NCBI GenBank assembly: GCA_965235115.1
Contig: OZ249437.1
Coordinates: forward strand, 14,632,001 to 14,696,000
DNA length: 64,000 bases
Source: Laetmonice hystrix
Lineage: Eukaryota
Direction of reading: 5' to 3'
The stretch's first letter is position 1; the number at the start of each line of letters is the position of its first letter. The notes beneath the pieces are model-generated. The model saw only the letters and a list, made by a program, of their open reading frames with translations, ran no database searches and was not told the DNA's origin. The translations under genes were made by a program, and so were the position numbers. Positions 46,001-56,510 of the stretch are shown piece after piece.

Positions 46001-49000
46001 AAATCTGCCCTAATGTCGACCTGGGGAAGGGCTCAAACAGTGGGTCTATCATAATAAATCTGCCCTAATGTCAACCTGGGGAAGGGCTCAAACATTGGGT
46101 CTATCATTATAATATAACTGCCTTAATGTCGACCTGGGGAAGGGCTCAAACATTCTGTCTATCAATTCATTATAATAAATCTGCCCTCATGTCAACCTGG
46201 GGAAGGGCTGAAACATTGGGTCTATCATTATAATAAATCTGCCCTAATGTCAACCTGGGGAAGGGCTCAAACATTTGGTCTATCTTTATAATAAATCTGC
46301 CCTAATGTCGACCTAGGGAAGGGCTCAAACATTTGGTCTATCTTTATAATAAATCTGCCCTAATGTCGACTCTCTCTTTTATGATATACATAACACCATT
46401 CTGAGGTGTTAAAACTCACCGGGAGATGTCGGAACAGTGACAGTCTGATGGACATGTTTGATGAAGATGTGAACTTCTGACACGATGGGTCCTTGCACGA
46501 CGTGCATAACTGGTTTGTCATAGATTAGAGGACGTGCAGCTGCTGGTGGAAGGAAGAGGTAGGCTCCACTACGCTCATGCTGAGTTCGTACACCATACAC
46601 CATGAATCGAACACTAGCATCCACCCGTAACCCACTCTCCTTGGCTAACACATACTAGAACACAAGGGTAGAAAGAACGATAAACCTCTAAGTGGTTACT
46701 GCAGGCCACAACTAGCCATGTTAAATTGACTGATATCCAACCATTCACTCCCCCACCATATAGGTATATTCACATTTTACGGCCAGGATGAAGAGCAATT
46801 TTGGAGCGATTTATATGACGAGACCCGGGCCCGGTTCACAAACAAAGTCAAGTCAATTTTAATTAACTTGAAATCAATTTTAACCAATTAGATTCAAGTA
46901 AAATTGACTTCAAGTCAATTAAAATTGACTTGACTTTGTTTGTGAACCGGGCCCTGGACAACCTTTCTAGATGTAAAAGATGCAGAGACCGGCAGGACTC
47001 TAAAGATATGACCTGCAGGACTATGATATGACCTGCAAGACTATGATATGACCTGCAGGACTATGGGCATGTCCTTCAAACTCAGTTACAGACGTCACTC
47101 ACCGAGATCATGCCAGTTTGTCCTGAGAAACCCACACGCAGCTCGTTGTTTTCTAATGTGAAGTCTTCAGCTCTATCCTTCTTCTCTATACGGAAGGGTT
47201 GACTGCAGATGTGATTTGATAATTAGTGTCAACATGTAATATAATTTCAGAAATTGCTTTCAGAAATATGTATATAATTAGCCTGGCATATTGTAGTTGT
47301 GAATGTTGTAGTTTGAGTAGTTCATAGAACTCTGTCACCAAAACCTTGTGTTCAGTGTACCTTTTGGCAAGATCCTCAAAGTTTCCATTATAGGTCGTCA
47401 CCGCGGCGACCTGGTTAGCTGTGTTCTGACCAGGTGGCAACCTCCTGATCCGGTACGTGGCGAGCCCCAGTGGGGGAATCCAAGCTACGAAAGCCACCTG
47501 AAGGACAAATGAGATGTTAATTCCTGGAGTCTGCCAACAATGATAAAATGACAAAGATATTTTATTGTTGTTTGGTAGACATTAAAATTCTTGCCACCAG
47601 TGAGACATTATGACCTAATCCTGTACTGACTACATACTACTGGCAGTTTCGGATGACCTTTACCGTCTCATTGAATGTTAATACATACTTCAAAGACTTT
47701 GCTGGCCATTCTGCCTGCGTCCACTATGATTGGGTTGATCTGAGTCGGGACAACAGCATCATCTGTGCTACGCAATTCAAGGTGAGGCCAATCAACATGA
47801 AGTCGAACCACTGTCAGTCGGACGTGACCAAGTGAGTTGTAGAGTACAATGGGTCTGGGTTCATTGGTAACTGACATCACTGTCCGCACCGGCAATGAAT
47901 CATGGCTCACCCGTCTTTCATCCTGTGGATATACCAATGCTTTGAGATTCATCTGCAAACCCTTATCTTACCCAATAAACATAGAGTAACAAATTTAATC
48001 GTTATGAGTGTATTATATTCAGGTAGTGTACTTAAACCCGGCCCATGAATTCCACTCAACTGCTGACCAAATAACACACAGACATCATGGGATGATTCAC
48101 CATGTCCGCATGGTTCCGATTCTCTAAGACTGCATCATCCTACACAGATTGTCAGGGATCCTGTTCATAACGTCCATAACCCCAGAGTGGCCATTATTTG
48201 GGACACTCACAATATCCAGGAGTGGTGCCTTAGTGGTGTGTGTGTACGAGGCCTTGTCCTTGGCAAGGAGAAGAGACGATGACTGCCGCATGACTTCCTT
48301 CATCCCCATCACGGCTCGCAGTAACCTAACAACAAATACCAGCATCCAGCATCAGGTTAATTTTCTTGACTTATTAATACTTCATTTTCCCTTTCCCAAT
48401 TATGAAATGACAATGACACTAGGATTCCCTGAACAAGCAAAGCTAGAGAGCCAAATGTTATAAAACCAACAAACTTCATTCCGTAGTCGACAACGACAGC
48501 ATCTTTAGCTGTTCCAGTGATTCCATCATGATGTTGGTAGAGTCCAAGGCTACGTCGTGCTTCCACAAGCTGTTTCATCAGTTCCGACGCGGGAAAGGTG
48601 TCGATATTGAACCTCCCCACATGGGCCATAGCCTGGGAGTATAGGATCTCAGCTCCCCTAGATAATACAAATAGTACACACCAAACTTAACACAGCTGTT
48701 GATGTTGGACTTGATGGTTTGGATTAAACCATCCATTGAACCATCTGCTCCATGGAAAAAGCCATGAGGTGACTATTGAACTCAGTTTCTTACCTGAGAT
48801 GATCTTCAAGAATACGGTCCAGGCGTTTGTAGAATGGTCGAGACGTGAAGTAGCCACTCCAATAGTGATCATCACGGTCAGCATATGTAAAGAAATCGCC
48901 TCCTAGTGATGGATAGTCATTAAGGGATCGTCCATCTGGGGTGCCTGACCTCTCGCGGACTGCATCAAAGTAGTCGCTCAACGTGCCAAATTTAGCCTGA

Positions 49001-52000
49001 AAGCAGAAAATCTTGGGCATAAATCAGCGACAAATTCAAACTCAGAAAATTCTACCTACTAATTGTCCCTCTTTAAACCAAACTATGAATATCGTATCAT
49101 TGTAACCGATGAGATGAAGCAATGGAATTTACCTGTACATGCCAGTCAGGGCGCATGTTCATGTATTCCATGAGCCTGCGGTAGTTCTGGTACTGTTGGT
49201 CCCACTCCATTCCTTTGTCATATCGGAAATCATCCCCCAATGGGATGAGAACGACATTGTTACGATACAGCGTTGACTTCTTTCTCCACTGGTCCAAGAT
49301 GACACGTGCCCTATGGGTGAGAACAGGGGAATGGTGAGTGGGGTCTGAAAGGGAGGTAATACGTGCCATAGGTATCTTACAAGTTATTCTGGTCAGAAAC
49401 AATCAGGGCCTGTGCCCCCCCCCCCCCACCTCCACCTGGCAAACCTGAAAACGTTTCACCTCTCAGCCACATTGTGGTCGCCGATTGGTGTGGGTGCGAT
49501 CTTCCACGGACATGCGATGCGACCACCTGGGAGACGCTTGAAGTCAAACTGACAGCAGACCTTGGGGTCAGGCCCACATGTATGTGGCACATCGTAGCTG
49601 TAGAACGGCATCATGTGACAAAACATCCTCGTCTCCCCTGTGTGGTCTGTTAAAACACGTCACACTGTCAACAATATGCAGTCTTACAATCTCTGTGTAC
49701 TTGTTACATTATCAATCTGATCATCTTGAGTAAATTCAAAGTTAACTCTTTTACTAACATTTTTAACGACAGCCAGGCTGATCCCTGCCAATATTTGACC
49801 TAACCTCAACAATTTCTAATGTAGAACTTCCCTCAGCTGACCCTACTTGTCACCTTCCTCAAGGCTGTACTTTTATTGGCTTTAAAATCTTTTGAAAAGT
49901 TTCTCATACAAAGTTGAGTTTATGAAATACTTCCCACATAAACTGTACGTTGATATGCAGTCTTCCAGTTGGTTTTGACCCAGTTACCAGTTTTTTACTT
50001 ACTCACCCCAGTTCTGCTGCCATAGGAATTCGAGTCCCTGGTTCTTAGCCAAATGTTTTTTGACAGCATAGTGGGTCCTCTGAATGAGCATGTTGTCAAA
50101 GCCTGCTCGTTTAAGAATGTACGCCATAGTCGGAGAATGACCAAACGGATCGATGGCCCACCCTGTCCGTGGCTTCACTCCTGCAAACCAAACATCAAAT
50201 TACTGACGTTTGAATAAGACTGCAGAGAAAGCAGGTTTTACCAACATGTTTTAATAAGACTGAGAGGAAGCAGGTTCTACCAACATATTTTAATAAGACT
50301 GCTGTCAAAGCAGGCTCCACCGACATGTTCTAATATGACTGCATGTCCTTGCCTTATTGATTAGCATGAACGTTTGGTGACAGAGGATAGGGTCATACCT
50401 ATTTCATTGAGCAGCCATTGGTTGCCTTCAATCAGCTGGTCAATCATTGCGAAGTAATGGGTGTTGGCCTCGTCTGGCATGACCCATCCACCTGTCACAA
50501 TCTCGAGACGGCCATCCTTGATCAACCTTCACAAACACAAGTCCTGATCATCACAGCCTTCAGCAAAACTCTTCATACTTCACATGTACTGGGGTAACAT
50601 CACGTTTTTCATCAGTTTACAATTCTACACTTTTCAATCTGCTTACTAACCAAAAATATTTAACTGGTAATTACTCCTGGCAGTTGTCCACCTAAACATT
50701 AAATGACCAGATATTTTGTTTTCCATGAAACTTCCCAATAAAAAGTCAGTTAAAGCTGCTGTATTTCATTAGTTTAAGATAACTTAGGCAAGGAGAACCC
50801 CCTATTGCTGCAACCCTGCACATACTTGATAGCACGCTGGCGCTTGCTGCTGCTGATTTCTCCCCACCAACGGCTGAAGAAGGACATCTCAGCATATACA
50901 AATCGCATATCTGGGTACACCTCCAGTTTATCCAACATCATGTTGAAGATCTGCCGTGTCTGGTCTGTGTAGTACCGCTCAAACGTTTTCAACCAGCCTG
51001 GCAACAATCATCACCAAAAAACTGAAAACTGGAATTAAATATGACTGGAATAGGATTACTTAGAGGAAACTTCCTCTCAAGACAAGAATACTGATTGTCT
51101 AATAGTGAGCTGGTTGTCTGATAACAACTTGTACTGTGTATGGGTCAGTGCAACTAATCAATAATCGGTACCTTTATCATTCTTTATTTACCGCAATCCC
51201 CCAACCAAGGGGTGTAGTCATTACACCCTATCCCCCACCAAGGGACAAATGCGTCAAACCCCCTCCCCAACCAAGGGGTGCTGGATTTACCTGGGTCAGT
51301 ATGTGAGTGTGGTACGACGAACACTTTAAGTGGCTTGCTGCTGAAGTTAGCCTCATCATAGTTGACTGGCCATCCCTGCTTCCATACACCCCCGTCAGGG
51401 TTTTCAAACGGCAGTGTCTCATATACCTCCATCATCTACAAAAGGTGGAGAAATGGGCAGAATCAAGACAAGGCCTACCTTGACATTTCCATTCCTTTTG
51501 ATCTTATATCGATGACCAGGCTGGCCTGAAAGTGCAACACCCCAGCGGCAAAATCCGTTTCTAAAAACGCTGCTAGTCTACTTAAACATTTTCTTATTTC
51601 CATTTCATTTCTCATTCGTTTTATTTCTATACTTTATGACTGAAAAATCATAGCTTCTTCTCACTGTGGGTGGTTGGAAATACCGAGCCTTATCCTGTCC
51701 ACCTACCTGAATGTCTGGTTTTGGTGCCCCTTTCTGCGCCAGGGCACACATATCCTGGGAGACTGCTACTGGAGACTTGAGACCACCACTAACGTTACCA
51801 TGGTAGCGAGCACCATCTATTTCCATATGGAGCATATTGCCGCCGCCGCGGTGACCCCTGTCCTGCTCTCCGGGCAGAAAGAGGTCAGCCCCCTGACTTT
51901 CTAACGCCTTCTGCAAGCGGTTCAGACTGTCAGTGTCACCATTTGCAATGTCTCGTACCGTGTCCTTGATGAGGTTGATAGTTTTATGATTGCGCTGGAG

Positions 52001-53195
52001 GTCCCCCTCTATCCTCTTAATCTTTGCCTCGATGCCAGAGAGGTCATTCTGAAAATCAGCCATGTTAACATCAACCTCTACCACAGTAGAAATTATTCTA
52101 TCAGCTTGCCCCGAACTGCCAACCAGAAAACTTTTAATCTATCCTAAACTTTGTTAGACAAGTCATGAAGCCTGAGGCTGTCTAAATCACAGCCTGTGGA
52201 CGATCTTGCATCTCTATGCGCCGACCGTTAAATCGTGTATTTCGATGAGGAGTTCGTGCATCTCGATGTGGCAGTCGGCCCCTGTCACATCAGAAAACCA
52301 CACCGTAAAGTTAAAGTATTAATGATTACGTCTCTTTAACTACACCACGGAATGCCTGAACATGTTAGGAATGTGTGGACATCAACTTTCCGGCATGTTT
52401 TTCTCTGCTTAGGCCACACGAATGCACACAGTCCAGCAAACCCCAATGTGTTTTTCCCATCATGGTCTGAACTGTGGAGGCTTACACACAAAAATTATCG
52501 TGTTAATCAAGATGATACCACTGCACATCCAACCAGCAATATCGTACATGTTCCGTGAGCTTGGAAGTTGAGTAACTCACGGGAAGACATTTTAGAAAGG
52601 CGTGCACGAATTCCTCATCGAAATGCACAATTTACGGGTCGGCGCATAGAGACGCAAGATCATCTACAGGCCGTGTAAATGTCAGCCGGATTCTCTGAGA
52701 GCTCTGCTAGATCCTTGAACCATGGTTGCTCAACGCGGCACAACACTATGCCTACTTCATGTGACAATGTTTATGAAAGCCTAGCTAAGTGTCCTACTGG
52801 TTAGACTGACTCGTTTGGGGGGGGGGGGGGTGCTAGATATTAGAATCAATATCAGGTGTAGTAAATCTTATAAAAAAAGTTAATATATTGTCTATTCCAC
52901 TTTCCAGTGCAATAGCACTACCCACCCATCGGTCCTGTGTTGTTGCTGGCAAGGGCTCCCACCCAGTGCTATACCCCTAATAATTATACTTTATACTATA
53001 TTATAGTCTATACTAGTATCTGGTGCCTGGGATCCCCCCCCCCCCACCCACCCCACCCCCACCGGGCCGACATACCTCTTCCATGGCGGCCGACTGGGCT
53101 GGCGACACGGCAGCCGTCGACTCCAACATCAGGTAGAGTGAGAAGCACACCACGCAGAACATGAGCGCCCCTAACACCGCCACGTATCGCTTCAT
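40078..53195 (-). CDS. MAN2A1: Golgi alpha-mannosidase II (GH38, MAN2A1/MAN2A2-like), 20 coding exons, 1185 aa
   Basis: Exons 53195-53076, 52048-51707, 51435-51291, 50997-50826, 50526-50399, 50180-50007, 49646-49460, 49310-49133, 48996-48794, 48657-48475, 48325-48211, 47922-47689, 47497-47361, 47202-47103, 46654-46420, 45745-45609, 43535-43394, 42517-42384, 42191-41853, 40230-40078 (3558 nt). Type II TM anchor [12 protein letters not shown]; motifs [53 protein letters not shown]. Confidence 0.96.
40341..41890 (-). repeat. 60-bp (some 66-bp) minisatellite (~26 copies) made of the MAN2A exon 19 end plus donor
   Basis: Minus-strand unit ...AGAGGGCTGTCCTGTCCTACCACCCATGGCAAG|GTGAGTTATCTGAGCTCGCTGGCAATC; translates as [20 protein letters not shown]. 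Confidence 0.97.
43650..45530. repeat. ~43-49-bp minisatellite with an internal variable (CT)n, MAN2A intron 16
   Basis: Unit CTCCGTCAAGTATTCAGTCTTACACAGTCTGTCAT(CT)nCA, roughly 40 copies. Confidence 0.96.
45830..46372. repeat. ~58-bp minisatellite (~9 copies), MAN2A intron 15
   Basis: Unit CTGCCCTAATGTCGACCTGGGGAAGGGCTCAAACATTGGGTCTATCATTATAATAAAT. Confidence 0.93.
46828..46953. mobile_element. PIF/Harbinger-like palindromic MITE
   Basis: GGCCCGGTTCACAAACAAAGTCAAGTCAATTTTAATT and its exact inverse; flanks CCG / CTG. Confidence 0.75.
52188..52675. mobile_element. CAC..GTG element with a 5-bp TSD (Transib/Chapaev-like)
   Basis: TAAAT|CACAGCCTGTGGACGATCTTGCATCTCTATGCGCCGACC ... GGTCGGCGCATAGAGACGCAAGATCATCTACAGGCCGTG|TAAAT; ~75-bp imperfect TIRs. 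Confidence 0.75.
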
Positions 53196-53990
53196 GTCGC
53201 AGACGTCGGGACAAATGTCTGGCTGGTCACACGGGGCGGTGTCCCCCGGCCCACACCCCGGCTAGCTGCCGTCAGATGTCCACTCACCCGTCCTCACCAC
53301 CCGTCCGTCGCCTGAAAACCGCTCGCTGTTCCACGCCTCCAAATTTATAACCGGACTTTTTCCGCATCCACCACGAACGTACTAGATCTATAAAGATTCC
53401 GCAAATCCATCTGACAGTTTAGAATCCATCGGGCCTACCTGCTCTACCAGAATCGGCGACTGAGATTGAGAAGGTGCCAGCTAGAGACCCACGGTGGAAA
53501 CTACCCGACGTGGAAAACCAATGAACGTGAAATACGTCACGAATATATGTGTACTGAAGGCGGTACCGTTTCGGCTCTCAATGTAAAAATTCTCATTTTA
53601 CTATGCGGTGGCCAGTCACAGGAAGCTGTCGGTCGGTCAGCAGTGGCGCCAGTTCTTCAAACTGGCGCGTGGCTGTCAGTGTGTGGGGAGGGGGCAAACG
53701 GCCTCTGACTCTGTGGAGCATTCAGCCAAACACATAAAACATAAGATCTTTGATGCTACAAACCAATAGGCATAGTACAAAACAGTCTCTCTCTGTAGAG
53801 GGCAGTGCTCAGCGAAAAGAAAGACGGCGCCATCTCGTGTCAAATTTTGTGAAAGAAAATCCTAAATCAGGTGTGGGAAGATGAAACGAATATTCGAGGA
53901 TACGTCTATTTCGGTGACGTAGAGGGTCATCACTGTGAAAGCGGACGATAAGAAGGAAACTTCACAAAGTTCTGGGACTGAGGTAAATAT
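53196..53990. promoter_or_regulatory. Probable CpG-rich promoter region for MAN2A, possibly shared with prune
   Basis: Directly upstream of the MAN2A ATG; CpG-rich; CCAAT motifs (~53516, ~53763); + strand donor-like GAG|GTAAAT at 53982/53983; the prune ATG exon has an upstream acceptor at 56478, so it needs a 5' non-coding exon. Confidence 0.45.
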
Positions 53991-54407
53991 AGTCTTGTCT
54001 GGTGTTTACATGTAACCGACTGAGACAAACATTATGGTGTGACTATCCTAAACGTTGATTTTGATCGGAATCGAACTTAGGAACTTGTAATAGTGGGTGA
54101 CAGGTCAAGTAGACTGTCTCAAGGATATCTCATGCAAAATTTGACTTGGTAAAAAAAAACAGAAAACAGAAAAAAAACAGGGTCAGGCAGAGACAGTGAT
54201 ATGAGCCTGTGCCTGTTCATGGCCTGTGCCTGTGTCATGGACATGGTACATTGTTTGGGCCAACTGACACCTAGCGGGGATCATGGCTGAGCGTTGTGAC
54301 TCACCTGCCCTAAATGTTGACTGACAGGCCGACAGGGGAGGTGTGTGGGGCCGCCAACACAGTGTCACTGTGTCAGTGACAGACCCGCTGCCAGCACCAC
54401 CCACTGA

Positions 54408-54911
54408 CACTGGGTAAGGTCAAATCTAAGAGTTAAATGGGTGTTAACGCTAGGTATTAAGAAAGTGTTCTATAAATCGAAAATTTGACCTCGTCCTGGG
54501 TGTTTACTTAACACTGAGTTAACACTGTCTCAACAACGTGTTAACACCTAAAACACACCTTGTAAACACCTAGATAACTCAGGTGTCCCCTTAATCTCAG
54601 TAAGGTCCCAGGTGTCTTTGGAATTACCATAGAAAACCTATACCTAAAGTGTTAACCGCCTGTGGGTTAACACCTGAGACAGGTCAAAACTCAGAGTCAA
54701 GCTTATTCCTTATTCCACTGGTAGGAGTGGCGACCAGGTGTGACTGATGTGTCAGGTAAGTGTTACCTGAGTTTTATCAAAGTATTAACTGGGTAGTGTC
54801 AAAATGTTAACTGGAGCCCGGTGTTAAAGGTTCAGGTTAACACTTTTTCCTGAGATAACACCTGGATAATCCAGGCGTATAGTTAACTCTCATATTTGAC
54901 CTCACCCACTG
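54408..54911. mobile_element. TIR element rich in GTTAACAC motifs (CMC/EnSpm-like non-autonomous)
   Basis: CACTGGGTAAGGTCAAATCTAAGAGTTAA ... TTAACTCTCATATTTGACCTCACCCACTG; no clear TSD. Confidence 0.55.
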
Positions 54912-56510
54912 TCTCTGATACAGGTGTTAAACGTATGCGTTGGCTGGCCGGCCGCAGGTCAGCTTTCTGTACTAGCCCAGTGACGCTATAGGAGCCGTTC
55001 AAGAGTCAAGTACGAGGGTCTATCGTCACAAGTGCCAGGGTTTGCACAAATTATAATCGACAGTGTCACTGGTCGGGGTGAGTGCTCTCACTTTCAGTTT
55101 ACGGCAGCGGCCATCTGCTCTGGGTCAGGCACTCAGGGTCATGGGGTTAAGGGTCAGATCATGCGGAAGTGGGCGGCACTGGTCTGTGGGTGGGAGGGGA
55201 GGGGGTCATGGCAAGGGGATGCTGACCACAGTGACAGTGCAGAGAGGTGGGTAGGTTTTCCTGGGTACATTACTCTTGCCTTGTTTGTTGTTGACCTGGT
55301 TGGCCAGACATATAGGCCCTAAAACTAAAAGGCCTATCTACTTGATTCTAATTAAAATAGATCTAGGTCCTTAAGAAAAGTTAAGTAGTTAAGACAGTTA
55401 TCATTTATAGGCTGGGCCTAAGGGTCAAGGCGCACACAATTCAAGCAACCAAGGCAGTGTTAGGGACTTCTGATAAGGGCTATATAAGGTCATAATTCGT
55501 TAATTGTTTAGCGTCCACCTCTTCCATTCCAATCTTTCCAGGTCGGGCTGGGAGGTTTTAAAAAAAGAAATTATTTCAATGAAAGTGGCGGCGTGGCTGG
55601 AGGAATACGACGTCTAGGATATTCATGGTCAGAAGGCAAGTTAGGAAGGTAGTCAAGGTACAGAAGCGCAAAACTACTGCCTGGCACTCATTTTTTTCTG
55701 GCCACATCCCTGAATGGCATATAAGAAAAAAATGCAAAGTCAGTCGAAAAATTGCACGTGCCCCTTTAAATCTGTGTTCAAGTGAATGTCAACCTTTTAC
55801 TGTTCTGAATAGGTGGGAAAAAGTTGTTTTGACAGTTTTTACACCATAATTTAAGGGTTCTTTGAAAAATTAAAAAAAATTCCAGATTGGAAACATTTCT
55901 CAGGTAGGCCAGGGGCGCTAACAAGTAATTCTTTTTATGTGGCCTAAAATTGTAATGTAAGGTAATCGACTTAGAAGATTCAAGGGGTGGGGGAGGGGTG
56001 CAGGACTGTTTCTCTCCTTTCCAATCCTTTGTTCTCCCTCCAAGGAGATAGAAGACATGGATCAATCAGAATGGACTAACTGTTAGTTAGCATGCATTTA
56101 TGATTTAGCCCTAAGACAATGTGGGTTGTAAATGTGTCAAAGCATCAGAACCAGTATTACTAGGCAAACCATGCATTTCTCATCTGTACTAATGGCTTGA
56201 ACTCACTTATATTTGGACACCCACATGTGGCCACATACCAAAGATAAATATCATAAATTTGACTGAGAAGAAAAGGAAGCTTACCTCAGTATTTAGGGGT
56301 CTTTTGGTTGGCCGGAACCCCACCATGGAAACTGGAAAGCATCTTAAAGTAACATTGAGAAGGGAACCACATGTGCCATAGTGCTTACCCACAAGTAATT
56401 CATAAAATTAGCTCACACATTTTTATTGCACTGATTTCTACTGTCTATCTAATGCAGCTATTTTTTGTATCATTACAGGGCTTAAATGCCTCTTGGGACT
56501 GCAGAACAAG

